Origin: Hyalangium minutum
Lineage (GTDB): Bacteria; Myxococcota; Myxococcia; Myxococcales; Myxococcaceae
DNA length: 124,000 nucleotides
Reading direction: 5' to 3'
Assembly (NCBI RefSeq): GCF_000737315.1
Contig: NZ_JMCB01000006.1
Span: forward strand, 20,001-144,000
Under the pieces are notes generated by a model that worked only from the letters and a program-made list of their open reading frames with translations, was not told the origin of the DNA and ran no database searches. The translations under genes were made by a program, and so were the position numbers. Shown here in pieces: positions 21,139 to 31,281 of the stretch. The first letter of the stretch is position 1; each line of letters starts with the position of its first letter.

Positions 21139-23370
21139 CTACTTCGACGACCTGGCAGGTTGCCCATAGGCCTTCTTGAGGATGTCGTCGCTGCTCAAAC
21201 CACTGGCCTTGGCGGCTTCCACATCCAATCCCTCGCCATGGCCCCGGCCCCGGCCCTCGAAGATGAGGTTTGAGCCATCGAAGGAAGCCGTGCGCGGACA
21301 GGCGGGAAGCTTCAGCGCGGAGCGAAGCACCTCACAAGGAAGGGATTCGGTGGTGTCGAAGGTCGCCCCGCTCTCCTGCTGTGCACGGATATAGGAGACG
21401 CGCCCGGCATCGAAGCGCAACGAGGCCACCCCCTGGCCGAGCAGTGACTCCACCTGACTGCGTGGACGCACCTCGCGCCAGGGCTCCTGGCCACCTTGTG
21501 AGAAGAGGAGCCACTGGTTCCACTTCAGCGGCGGCAGGGCCAGCGCCTTCTCCTCTTCCGGCCGCACACGCACCGTGCCGAGGAAGGCCTGGCAATGGGT
21601 GGTGTCGCAGATGGGTCGGCCGCCGTGACGGGTCTCGGCGTGCTGCTCGTTGTGTGCCACGACTCGCGCCAGGGCGATCCGTGGCTCCCCCTTCGAGGCT
21701 GCGTCCTCCGCGGCTACTACGCCCGCTGTGTATTGAAGGCGCGTGGTCCGGAAGATGAAGTCCGAGCCTCGCCTCGCGCTGCGCTCCCGCTCCGTCGTGG
21801 GCACTCCCGGCGGTGGCCGGTATGGCGGAGGAGTGGACCCTGTGAAGCTGCCTGCGTAGTCCCTGCCCTCGGAGGGTAGACCTGGGACGCGAACCCGCCA
21901 CGGGCTGCCCAGACAGACCGCAGGCCCCTTCGCCACGAGCTGCTTCAATTGAGAGAAGCCCTGCGGCGCCGGGCGCGGTGTGCCCTGGTCCACCGCGAAG
22001 CCCACTCCTCTACAGCCCGCCTCCACCTCCGAGGTCGAGGCCAGCCCCAGCACTTGCACCTTCGCTGCGTCCAGGCCTGGACGCTGGCGCACCCGGGCCA
22101 GCACTTTGGGCACCTCGGCCGCGAAGCTGCGGGGCATCTTCCCGGGCCGCATCACCACCGCCACCACGTCCGCATCCACCGCGACGATCCACCCGTACTG
22201 CGGACGGCTCGCCGCGTCCCGCACCGTGCCTGTCTTGGTAGCCACTCCCACGTACGCCGCCGACGCCGGGAGCTCCGACAGCGTCCCACGAGCGGCGTTG
22301 TCCTTCATCCACTCGATCAGATCCGGCCGGGCTTCGGCCAGCAGACGGTACGCCTGCGCCATACCCCACGGAGAGAGCGCCAGCGTGGAACGCAGGCCGA
22401 TGGCGTCTGCCATGTCCGCGGGCTTCCCAGTCAGTCCCACCGCCGTCAGCACCGCGCCCCAGGGTCCAAAGTCTGCCGCAGCGCCGCCTCTCGCTCCCCA
22501 ATCGAGGAAGTAGCCGTTGCACGAGCGCAGCAGCGCCGTGCGCCCGTCCACCTGCTTCGGCAATCCCTGGCCACACGCCCACTCCTGCACGCCCGAGCGG
22601 GGCGTCAGCAGCGGCGGTGGCTCGGAGCTGCCTGCCATCACGAAGGGCTTCAGCGTGGAGCCATAGGGCAACGCGCGCTGCACCTCCCCTTCCGAGAGCA
22701 GCACCTCTCCCGAGTGGCGGCTCAGCACCACGGTGGCCTCGGCCGCCGCCTTCACCGTCACGTCCGCCAGCTCATCAATGGAGACCGGCACCACCCATCG
22801 CGCGCCGTCCTGGCACTGGCGCAGCCGCCGCGAGAGCGCCTGAGGAAAGCCCCGGTCCTCTCCGAGAATCCGCGCCAGCGCCCGTCGGGCCCGCGACGTG
22901 TCCACTGCTGGTGAGCGCGCCAGCTCCGAGGCCGCCACACTCAGCGACTGGTAGGGCCCCTCCCTCCAGATGGGCAGCTCGCCGCTCACCACCAGCGCGA
23001 AGGCCTCGTGGAAGAGCCGATCCTCCGAGGCCGCGGGACAGACCCACCACAGCAGCTGGTGCGCCAGCTCGTGCCGCAGTGCCAAGCGCAGGCGCTCATC
23101 CAGCACGCCCGGCGTGTTCTGCCGCAGCTCCACCAAGCCGGGCTTGCTCTGGGCGTTGCGATCCGCCGCCAGCCCCACGCCGCGCTGGAGGCGGATGGGG
23201 GCCGGGGCCTGCGTGAGAAATCCACCGGCCTCGGCCACGTAGCGCGCCTCCAGCGCCACCCAGGACGCCTCTGCCTCGGCGACCAGGGCGTCCTCGGGCG
23301 TCACGTCTCCCTGTGTGAGGAAGGCCGGGGTGGCCGCCAGCACCGCAGCCGTGATGACAGCCCACCCCAT
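21139..23370 (-). CDS. YfaQ/MagE-like protein: zincin peptidase + PBP transpeptidase-like + SpoIID/LytB domain
   Basis: HELAH...HEAFA; STLK, SCN and KTG motifs; YTAGVVAAE and CDTTHCQ SpoIID motifs. Confidence 0.75.
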   Translation of the reverse strand: MGWAVITAAVLAATPAFLTQGDVTPEDALVAEAEASWVALEARYVAEAGGFLTQAPAPIRLQRGVGLAADRNAQSKPGLVELRQNTPGVLDERLRLALRHELAHQLLWWVCPAASEDRLFHEAFALVVSGELPIWREGPYQSLSVAASELARSPAVDTSRARRALARILGEDRGFPQALSRRLRQCQDGARWVVPVSIDELADVTVKAAAEATVVLSRHSGEVLLSEGEVQRALPYGSTLKPFVMAGSSEPPPLLTPRSGVQEWACGQGLPKQVDGRTALLRSCNGYFLDWGARGGAAADFGPWGAVLTAVGLTGKPADMADAIGLRSTLALSPWGMAQAYRLLAEARPDLIEWMKDNAARGTLSELPASAAYVGVATKTGTVRDAASRPQYGWIVAVDADVVAVVMRPGKMPRSFAAEVPKVLARVRQRPGLDAAKVQVLGLASTSEVEAGCRGVGFAVDQGTPRPAPQGFSQLKQLVAKGPAVCLGSPWRVRVPGLPSEGRDYAGSFTGSTPPPYRPPPGVPTTERERSARRGSDFIFRTTRLQYTAGVVAAEDAASKGEPRIALARVVAHNEQHAETRHGGRPICDTTHCQAFLGTVRVRPEEEKALALPPLKWNQWLLFSQGGQEPWREVRPRSQVESLLGQGVASLRFDAGRVSYIRAQQESGATFDTTESLPCEVLRSALKLPACPRTASFDGSNLIFEGRGRGHGEGLDVEAAKASGLSSDDILKKAYGQPARSSK

Positions 23371-23373
23371 CGG

Positions 23374-26300
23374 CTACCAGTCGCCCCGAGGCTTCTGGGA
23401 CGCCTTCACCGCCAGCACGTCCGACTTCGTCCGGGCGCGCAAGCTGGCCACGTACATGTCCTCGATGGAGGCCGGCGGCGCGGTGAACTTGCCCGCGAAC
23501 TGCGCCCTCATCACGTAGCCCACCGAGCGCGGGCTGTCGCTCCACCGCGCGGGCTCCTCGAAGAAGAACGTGGCTCGCTCCGGCGTCAGCACGCGCCGCT
23601 TGAGCGCCTCGGGCGCCAGGTTCAGCGAGTGCGGTGCCCCGCGGAACTCCTTGTCCTCGATGAGCGGCACGAAGCCTGCCGGCACCGCGTCCTCCACCAC
23701 GTAGTACGCCGAGCGCGCCTTGTTGTCCCCGCGCGCGTCGATGGTCAGCTCGACGAAGACCTCCTCGCCCTGGGCCACCTCCTCGCCCGAGGCCAGCGGC
23801 TGCCTGCCGCTCTCGCGCAGCACCCAGTAGCGGCGCTCGATGCTCATGCCCTGGGAGAGCGGCTGCACGTCCGGCAGCGGCGTTAGCGTCGTGGCGCGCA
23901 GCGTGGCCACGCCCTCGAACGAGGCCACGTTCACCGAGCGCGTGCCCGGCTCCAGTGTGGCCACCAGGCCCATGCCCCGAGGCGAGAACTTCACTGGCCC
24001 CTTGGCTCCCTTCACCTCCGGCGGCGGCAGCTTCTTGAAGGCCTTGGCATCGCGCTCGACGAGCCACAGCGAGTGCAGCAGCGCCGTGCTGCGGTCGAAG
24101 GTGGACAGGTCCGGCTGGCTGAGCAGCTCGAGAAGCCGCCGGCGCGCCTTGTCCACGTCCAGCTTGCCGAACGAGGCCGCGTGCGCCAGCAGCGCCGTGA
24201 GGCCCACGCGCCGCAGCGGGTAGTGGAAGAAGGCCTCGGCGTCGGTCGCGGTGTTCAGGCTCGCCAGCTGGACGAAGCCCTCGTTGCTGGCCTGCACCAG
24301 CGAGTCGATGCGCGCCTGCAGCGCGGGCTCCTTCATCACCCCCGCCTTCTCCGCCGCCAGCACCGAGAGCGCCAGCGGGTACAGGTCGCCCGGCGTCGCC
24401 CGGTCGATGAGGGCGCGCACGCGGTCCGCCTTGCGATCGCCGTACATGCGTGCGAGCACGTAGGCGCGCGTGGCGTCGTACTCGAAGGGCAGGTTCTCCT
24501 GGGCCTCCAGCCAGCGCGCGGCCTCGGTCAGCCGCGTGTCGTTGGCATCCACCAGCCCCGCCTCCGTCGCGTAGGCCAGCCCATCCAGAGCGATGAGCGT
24601 CATCGCCACATCCGGCGTGCTGTACCCGCCGAACCAGGTGAAGCCGCCGCCCTTCACCGCCAGGGCGAGGATGCGCGAGGTGCCCTGCACGGAGCGGCTG
24701 CGCGCCTCGGCCAGCAGGCCCTGGCTCTCGGGGTCCAGCCGGCCCAGCATGTCCACCTTCTTGAGCGTCTGGTACAGCGCCACGTTGGGCACCGTGGTGG
24801 ACACGAGCTGCTCCAGGCAGCCGTACGGGTAGGTGAGCAGCTCGCGCACGTTGGTGAGCGCCGCGTCCACCACCGAGGGCTGGAGCACCAACTGCACGTC
24901 CGTGAGCGTGGCCGAGCTCGCCGCTTGCAGCGACAGCTCGCCGCCGCCCCAGGCGGACACCTTCACCGGCTCCTCCAGGGCCGCGGGCCGCACCGGCACT
25001 GCGCGGCGATCCTTCAGCGGATCCTTGCCGCCCGTTACGTCCACCGACAGCTCGGCCGAGCCCGGACCCGTGGCCTTGATCTGCAGGGGGAGGACCTTCT
25101 CGCCGCCCTGGCCCAGCTCGATCTTCTCCTGCGTCTGGTTGGCTTGGAGCGCGCCCGCGGAGGCCAGCTTCACCTCCAGCACCTGACTGCCCTTGGAGGC
25201 CGCACCCGCGGACAGACGTACCGAGGCGAGCGCCTCGTCCCCCTCGCGGAGGAACTGCGGCAGCGCCGCGTACAGGTTGAGGCCGCCACGGGTGGCGAAC
25301 TCCCCGGTGCCCTCGCCGAAGCGGCCCGAGGTGTCCGCCGCCACCGCCGTCACCACCCAGAGCGTCTGGTTGGAGGGCAGCTTGAAGCGCACCGTGGCGC
25401 GGCCATCGCGGTCCGTGACGACGTTCGGCTGCCAGAAGGCCGTGTCGCGCTCCTCGTCCTTCGCCTTGCGCGTGGGCGGCTTGATGGAGGCGAACGCGTG
25501 GTCCGGCAGCCCGGCCATCTTCCGCGCCAGCGCCTCGCCGTAGCCGTAGCCCTGGAACTCAGCGGAGTAGAAGTTGGACACGTTGTTGCGCGCGGGCGGA
25601 TAGAAGAAGTCCAGCACCTTCGGGCGGAACTCCGTCTGGATGGCGTACACGGCCTTGTCCACCACGCCCACGGACACCTGGGCCACGATGCCGTTGCCCT
25701 CGTGGTCCGTGACGCGCAAGTCCATCACCTGCTCGGTGAGCGGGGCGGCCTCCACGCGGCGAGGCTCCAGCTTCACCGTCAGGGTGCGCTCGGCGGGGAT
25801 GATGCGGAAGGACACCGTGCGCTCCTCCCAGCGGCCCGAGCTCGTCGGGTACGCCACGGACGCGTACACCGCGCTGCCGTAGCGCTTCTCCACCGGGAAG
25901 CTGTGCACCAGCGTGCGGCCCTCGAGCTCCAGCAACTCCGTGCCGTAGAGGCCCGCGCCCGTGAAGGTGATCCACACCGGGCCGCGATCCTTGCCCCCGG
26001 GGCCCCAGCCATCCGGGAACAGGCCCACCAGCTGCCCCGAGTCGCCCGGAGACAGCGTGCCAGAGAGCGAGGCTAGCGTGAGGTTCGCCACGCGCGCCAC
26101 CGGCTCGTCATTGCCGCCGATGACGAGCATGGACTGCTCGCCCGTCCACGCCTTGCCGTTCTTGTCCTTCACCGTCATCCGCGCCAGCACCGTGCCCACC
26201 TCCGAGGTGGGGACCTTCTGGCGGGCGATGCCGTTGGCCTCGGTGGTGAGCGAGTGCTTGCTCAGGCTCTTCTCGCTGCCGTCCGCCTTGCGCAGCACGA

Positions 26301-28080
26301 ACTCGACCTCGGCCTGGGTGACGCCGTAGGGCTTGCCGGACAGCGTGGTGGCGCGCACCGCCAGCGTCGCCTCGGCGCCCTTCTTCACCACCGCCTCCGA
26401 GAAGCTCCCCGCGCCGAACACCTCCACCTCCGACAGGAAGAAGGAGGCAGCCGCGTTGGCGAAAGTCCCCTGGTCATCCCGCGCACGCACGCTGAGCGAG
26501 TAGCGGTACGGCAGCCGCTCCTCTCCCGCGGCCAGCGCTGGCACGCTGATCTCGATGACGGCCTCGCCGTTCTCATCGAACTTGGTGGCGCTCTCCCACG
26601 GGTCTCCCTCCGCGCCGCGCTCGGCCACGGAGGAGTAGAGGCGCTCGGGCACGCTGAGCTTGCCCTCGGAGCTGGAGGCCGTGCCGTACGTCACCGCGCT
26701 GCCCTGGCCACCCTTGCCCGCGTCATCCACCCAGGCGGGCGCGTCCAGCAGCGAGCGGTACAGGAACACGTCGTACTTGGCGCCCTCGGGCACGCCGCCC
26801 GCGTAGCGCCGCGCCTTCACCGTGGCCTTCAGCGTCTGGCCCGGGACGATGTTCTCCTTCTCCGGCGTCAGCTCCAGATAGAAGGTGGGCTTCACGTAGT
26901 CCTGCACGCGCGCTTCGCCCTGGTGCGCCTGGTCATCCACCGAGGCGTTCACCCGCAGCACGCCCGTGCCCAGGTCCGCCGGCACGTCCAGGGTGCCCGA
27001 GAAGCTGCCGAACTCATCCACCGACACCTGCGTCTTGATGTCGCGGCCCTCGGCGGACTCGAGCTTCACCGTCACCAGCTTCTTGCGCGGGGTGAACAGG
27101 CGCGCGAGGTACGTGTCCGGCTGGCGCAGCAGGCCGCGGAACTTCACCTGGTCTCCCGGCTTGTAGATGGGCCGGTCGCTGTAGATGAAGACGTCCGGCG
27201 CCACCGCCAGCGAGGAGTAGAAGTCCGTGTCCACCAGGCCCGTGTCCTTGCCCACGGTGGCCGTGGCGAGGATGCGCGGCTCGCTCACCTCCAGCGTCAC
27301 CTCACCCTTCTCGTCCGTCTTGCCCTCGGGGCCCTTGCCGGTGGGCAGGAACACGCGCACCTGGGCGCCCGCCTTGGGCTTCTGGTCCCGGCCCGCCACG
27401 CGCACCAGCACCTGGCCATCCGTCTGCTTCAGCTGAACCGTGAGGTCCGTCACGACGAGCACCACCTGGCCCTCCACCTTGCCCTGCACGAGCTGCAGCA
27501 CGTAGGTGCCCGCGGGCAGCGGCGCCAGCATCACCCGGCGCTCCTGGAAGCCGTGGCCGCCCCACGAGGAGAAGCCCGGCACGCTGAAGTCCACGCCGCC
27601 GCCCCCCAGGTCCAGGTTCAGCCACTGGCTGCGCGCGACGGTGAAGCCGGGCGGCACGCCGACGAGCTTGTCCGGGCCCTCGGCCATCTGGTTCAGCGTG
27701 GGCGCTACGTCCTCGGGGCCGCGCGCCGGCAGCGCCGGAGAGACGGCGTCACGGAACTCCGTGCTGAACGCGTAGAGCAGATAGGTGGAGGGCACCTTCA
27801 CCGAGTTCAGGCCGCGGCTGAGCGCGCGTCCCGGGTTCTTCAGCACGGGCGGCTGCTCGTACGCCCGGCGGATGTCGCTCTGGGCCTCGATGAAGGAGTC
27901 CAGGCTGTCCGGCTTGAGCACCCGCAGCTCCACGGGGCCCTTGCTGTTGAACGCCACGTCCACCGCCACCGGCTCCTGGGTGCCGTAGGCGCGAGGCACG
28001 GTGATGTAGAGCGGCTTGGCCGCCGCCACGCTGGCCAGCGTCACCGCGGCCAGCAGCGAAATGCGCGTGGAGTACCTCAT
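23374..28080 (-). CDS. Bacterial alpha-2-macroglobulin (YfaS/MagD-like operon context)
   Basis: MG2 YSDRPIYKPGD, FPET-like DTAFWQP, thioester YPYGCLEQ, C-terminal VEDAVPAGF receptor-binding-like domain. Confidence 0.92.
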   Translation of the reverse strand: MRYSTRISLLAAVTLASVAAAKPLYITVPRAYGTQEPVAVDVAFNSKGPVELRVLKPDSLDSFIEAQSDIRRAYEQPPVLKNPGRALSRGLNSVKVPSTYLLYAFSTEFRDAVSPALPARGPEDVAPTLNQMAEGPDKLVGVPPGFTVARSQWLNLDLGGGGVDFSVPGFSSWGGHGFQERRVMLAPLPAGTYVLQLVQGKVEGQVVLVVTDLTVQLKQTDGQVLVRVAGRDQKPKAGAQVRVFLPTGKGPEGKTDEKGEVTLEVSEPRILATATVGKDTGLVDTDFYSSLAVAPDVFIYSDRPIYKPGDQVKFRGLLRQPDTYLARLFTPRKKLVTVKLESAEGRDIKTQVSVDEFGSFSGTLDVPADLGTGVLRVNASVDDQAHQGEARVQDYVKPTFYLELTPEKENIVPGQTLKATVKARRYAGGVPEGAKYDVFLYRSLLDAPAWVDDAGKGGQGSAVTYGTASSSEGKLSVPERLYSSVAERGAEGDPWESATKFDENGEAVIEISVPALAAGEERLPYRYSLSVRARDDQGTFANAAASFFLSEVEVFGAGSFSEAVVKKGAEATLAVRATTLSGKPYGVTQAEVEFVLRKADGSEKSLSKHSLTTEANGIARQKVPTSEVGTVLARMTVKDKNGKAWTGEQSMLVIGGNDEPVARVANLTLASLSGTLSPGDSGQLVGLFPDGWGPGGKDRGPVWITFTGAGLYGTELLELEGRTLVHSFPVEKRYGSAVYASVAYPTSSGRWEERTVSFRIIPAERTLTVKLEPRRVEAAPLTEQVMDLRVTDHEGNGIVAQVSVGVVDKAVYAIQTEFRPKVLDFFYPPARNNVSNFYSAEFQGYGYGEALARKMAGLPDHAFASIKPPTRKAKDEERDTAFWQPNVVTDRDGRATVRFKLPSNQTLWVVTAVAADTSGRFGEGTGEFATRGGLNLYAALPQFLREGDEALASVRLSAGAASKGSQVLEVKLASAGALQANQTQEKIELGQGGEKVLPLQIKATGPGSAELSVDVTGGKDPLKDRRAVPVRPAALEEPVKVSAWGGGELSLQAASSATLTDVQLVLQPSVVDAALTNVRELLTYPYGCLEQLVSTTVPNVALYQTLKKVDMLGRLDPESQGLLAEARSRSVQGTSRILALAVKGGGFTWFGGYSTPDVAMTLIALDGLAYATEAGLVDANDTRLTEAARWLEAQENLPFEYDATRAYVLARMYGDRKADRVRALIDRATPGDLYPLALSVLAAEKAGVMKEPALQARIDSLVQASNEGFVQLASLNTATDAEAFFHYPLRRVGLTALLAHAASFGKLDVDKARRRLLELLSQPDLSTFDRSTALLHSLWLVERDAKAFKKLPPPEVKGAKGPVKFSPRGMGLVATLEPGTRSVNVASFEGVATLRATTLTPLPDVQPLSQGMSIERRYWVLRESGRQPLASGEEVAQGEEVFVELTIDARGDNKARSAYYVVEDAVPAGFVPLIEDKEFRGAPHSLNLAPEALKRRVLTPERATFFFEEPARWSDSPRSVGYVMRAQFAGKFTAPPASIEDMYVASLRARTKSDVLAVKASQKPRGDW

Positions 28081-29690
28081 GAACCAAACCCTCCCGGAAC
28101 CAGCGAATTGCCCTCTACCGTGCCGCGCAGCCCCACATACGGCAGCGTCTCGAGATCCTTGCGCGCCTCTTCAATCTCCGCGGGCGCCGAGCCCGGCACC
28201 GGCGCGTTCTTCCCGAGCTGCTGCTCGGACCAGTACCCGTCCGCCAGCAGCTGGCTGAGCAGGTGGCCCGTGTTCAAGCCAATCGTCACCGAGCCCGGCG
28301 CGCGCAGTCCCTCGACCACCGGGCCCGCCGCGTTGAGCAGGTTGGGGCTCTTGCCCTCGCACGCGCTCTGCAGGCGCTGGAGCACCTGCGGCTCGGAGGC
28401 CAGCACCTGGTGCTTGCACAGCGTGGCCTGCTCCAGCGTGTTGCCACCCGCGAACATCGTCTTCAGCGCGGGCGCGTCCTCCACCCGGCCCCAGAGGATG
28501 GCAAACTCGTGGCCCAGGTCCGCGTCGCCGCGCGGCGTCCACACCAGCGCAATCTGCCGCGTGCGCACCTGCCCGGGGTCCTGGCCCTCCCAGTACTGCT
28601 TGATCTTCGCGCCCTCCAGGGACTCGGGCAGCTTGAGCTGCAGCGCCAGCAGCACCGGCGTGTCCGAGGGCACCAGCTTCAGCAAGTCATCCGAGAGCGG
28701 CGCCGCATCCAGCCGCACCTTGTCCAACAGCGGCCCCGTAATGCCGCGAGGCACCAGCCGCTTGCCCTCGGCGCCGAACTGCAGCCGGGTACCGTTGGCG
28801 AGCCCCAGCGCGTGCGTGAGGAACACCGTCTCGCGCCCGAGCACCTCGCTGTTGAAGCCCAGCTCCAGGTCCACGTTGGCGGGGGCCTCCAGCTTCGTCA
28901 GCTCGGCGCACAGGCCGCGCAGCACCATGTTGGGCTGCCGCGCCACCACGATGCGATCCGCCGTACGCGCGGCGTACAGCGACTGCTCGGCCACCAGCCA
29001 GCGGGCGATCTTGAAGCCACCCTCGGGAACCGTGGCGGACGCGGGCGCGCCGTAGGGGCACTTGTCGGAGGTATAGCCGCCGCGGCTGGCCACCTTCTCC
29101 ATGGCCTCGTAGGCCGTGGCGGCGGTGGCATTCGGCGCGGGGACAATGAAGGCGGGGGCGTTCGAGTCACTGCCGCCCACGAACCACAGCGCGCGGAACG
29201 GCGAGTCCAGCAGCTGCCCGGCCACCACGTCGAACACGGCGCCCTTGAAGGAGGCCTTCAGGTCCTCGCCGGTGGAGCCGAAGAAGGCAGCCCAGGAGCT
29301 GGCGAAGCCCTGGCCGAGCGGCTTCTTCATCTGCTGCTGGAGCCACGCGTTCCCCACGAGCGCACTGCGCACCTTGGCGGGCTGGTACACGTCCACCCAG
29401 ACCGCGGGAGAGCCCTGCGTGGGCGGAGACAGGCGCTGGGTCGGCGGAGGCGGCGGCATGCCCTCCACGGTGGCTCCAGCGCTCTGCACGCCCGAGGTGC
29501 CCTGCTCCGTCGTATCGGAGCTGTCACTGCCCGCGCCCGAGTTCGCGCTGCGGCGTCCGAGCACGTAGGCGCCCACGCCCACGCCGCTCACCACCACGGT
29601 GACGATGGCGACGAGGATCGCCTTGGAGGCGCCACCTCCCGAGCGGGGTGGCTCGGGGGACGGGCCCGAAGGGGTTTCGGATGAGCTCAT
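28077..29690 (-). CDS. Membrane-anchored YfaA-like protein of the macroglobulin operon
   Basis: Single N-terminal TM. ATGA-coupled to both neighbours. Assigned mainly from its position in the yfa/mag gene set. Confidence 0.5.
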   Translation of the reverse strand: MSSSETPSGPSPEPPRSGGGASKAILVAIVTVVVSGVGVGAYVLGRRSANSGAGSDSSDTTEQGTSGVQSAGATVEGMPPPPPTQRLSPPTQGSPAVWVDVYQPAKVRSALVGNAWLQQQMKKPLGQGFASSWAAFFGSTGEDLKASFKGAVFDVVAGQLLDSPFRALWFVGGSDSNAPAFIVPAPNATAATAYEAMEKVASRGGYTSDKCPYGAPASATVPEGGFKIARWLVAEQSLYAARTADRIVVARQPNMVLRGLCAELTKLEAPANVDLELGFNSEVLGRETVFLTHALGLANGTRLQFGAEGKRLVPRGITGPLLDKVRLDAAPLSDDLLKLVPSDTPVLLALQLKLPESLEGAKIKQYWEGQDPGQVRTRQIALVWTPRGDADLGHEFAILWGRVEDAPALKTMFAGGNTLEQATLCKHQVLASEPQVLQRLQSACEGKSPNLLNAAGPVVEGLRAPGSVTIGLNTGHLLSQLLADGYWSEQQLGKNAPVPGSAPAEIEEARKDLETLPYVGLRGTVEGNSLVPGGFGS

Positions 29691-30283
29691 TGCATCCACT
29701 CCTTGAAGCGGAAGAAGCCGAGGAAGGCGGTGTTCTGGGGAATGGGGCGCCACTCGAGCGGCGCCTCGGTGGCGAGCCGGTGCAGCACGCCGGTCCTCAC
29801 GGCGGCGCCCTTCTCGCCCGGGTGGTAGACGACACGGGCCGGCGCGTGCGCCTTGTCCTCCGGGCGCACCACCAGCATGAGGTGGAACACGGGGCCGGAG
29901 TCATGCTCCTGGCGGAACGCCACCAGGTCCCCGGTGCGCAGCGACTCGAGCGCGGCCTCGTCCCGGCCCAGCGGCGCGAAGCTGCGCGTGAGCAGCGTCT
30001 CCGCGTCCGCGAACTCGGCGGGCCGCCCCTGTACGTCCAGCCACAGGGGACGCTCGACGCGCTCGGCGTAGAAGCGCTTGTAGGCGCTGCGGTAGGCGAA
30101 GCGCACCAGCCCGGCGCAGTCGCGCTGGTCCGGGTGCCACAGCGGATCAAACTTCTGGAACTGGGCCAGCGCCACCTGCCCCACCTCGCGGCGCAGCAGC
30201 ACGTCGCGGGCCTCGCGCGAGTCGGACGCAGGAGGCGGAGGCGTGGAGGCGGCAAGCGCCAGCGTGAGGGACAGGAAGAGCAT
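29687..30283 (-). CDS. DUF1175 (YfaT-like) NlpC/P60-like protein
   Basis: QRDCAGLVRFAY, LRTGDLVAF, FHLML and FLGFFRF motifs; signal peptide. Confidence 0.8.
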   Translation of the reverse strand: MLFLSLTLALAASTPPPPASDSREARDVLLRREVGQVALAQFQKFDPLWHPDQRDCAGLVRFAYRSAYKRFYAERVERPLWLDVQGRPAEFADAETLLTRSFAPLGRDEAALESLRTGDLVAFRQEHDSGPVFHLMLVVRPEDKAHAPARVVYHPGEKGAAVRTGVLHRLATEAPLEWRPIPQNTAFLGFFRFKEWMQ

Positions 30284-30300
30284 GGTCCAGGCTGGGAGCG

Positions 30301-31281
30301 TCAGTCCCCGCCCTCGGAGCTGCCCTCGCCCTCGCCCTCGGAGCCCTCGTAGCCCTCGCCCTCGCCTTCGTAGCCGCCCTCGTCGCCGTAGTCCCCGGAG
30401 TTGCCGGAGGACACGTTCTTGGCCACCTCATCGAGGTTCTTGGGCCACGAGGCCCCCGTGGGCTTCGGATCCTGAGAGGGCACATACACCTCCGCCTGGT
30501 TCTCGCCGGTGATGTTGATCCACGCGAGCACGCGCGTGGTGCCCGGGGTGGCCAGGGGAATGCGCACCATGCGGCGCACCTCGCCCGGGGTGCCCTCGAA
30601 GAGCGCCACGTTGAGGGTGGCCAGCGTGTGGGCCTTGTCACCGCTGGGCCAGTAGTTGGTGGCGATCAGGTAGATGCCCTGGGGCGGCGCCCGGTGGATA
30701 TAAAGGTAGGGGCCGTAGGCAGGCTGATCGAAGTCGCCGCCCTGCTCGTTGAGGAAGAAGGTGCCGCCGGTGGGGCTGGAGGTGTCCGCCCAGTAGACGT
30801 GCGCCATCTTCTTGCCGTCCATCGTCAGGCCCTCGGCCGTCTTGGTGACGCTGTCGTTGGTGGGCTCGTAGACGTGGAGGTCCGTGTAGACGCCCTCGGT
30901 GTCGCTGGTGAGGATGGTCTTGAGCGGCACGGGCGGAATCTGCGCGTACGCCGTCACCTGCGAGCGCGCCGTGCCCGCCTGGTTGGTGGCCATCACCGTG
31001 ACGATGTTCTTGCCGCTGGCGGCGGGGAACTTCCGGCTGAAGCGCCCGTTGAAGGTGCGCATCAGGTACCGGTCTCCGTTGATGGAGACGACCACCGGAT
31101 CAATGGTGGTGTCGCTGATCGTCCCCTCCACCAGCATCATCCGGTCCACCGTCCAGCCGCCGGTGGGGGCAGTGAGCGTGACCTTGGCCAGCTTGGTGCC
31201 CGTGCCAATGGGCACGCCCTGCTGGCGAGGGTTCTCGTGCGGCGTCTGGGTGAGGAGCAGTGCCAGGAAGACAGGCAGCAT
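30301..31281 (-). CDS. DUF2135 (YfaP-like) exported protein with acidic Gly/Glu tail
   Basis: YTDLHVYEP, DFDQPAYGPY and GIYLIATNYW motifs; signal peptide; first gene of the operon. Confidence 0.8.
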   Translation of the reverse strand: MLPVFLALLLTQTPHENPRQQGVPIGTGTKLAKVTLTAPTGGWTVDRMMLVEGTISDTTIDPVVVSINGDRYLMRTFNGRFSRKFPAASGKNIVTVMATNQAGTARSQVTAYAQIPPVPLKTILTSDTEGVYTDLHVYEPTNDSVTKTAEGLTMDGKKMAHVYWADTSSPTGGTFFLNEQGGDFDQPAYGPYLYIHRAPPQGIYLIATNYWPSGDKAHTLATLNVALFEGTPGEVRRMVRIPLATPGTTRVLAWINITGENQAEVYVPSQDPKPTGASWPKNLDEVAKNVSSGNSGDYGDEGGYEGEGEGYEGSEGEGEGSSEGGD

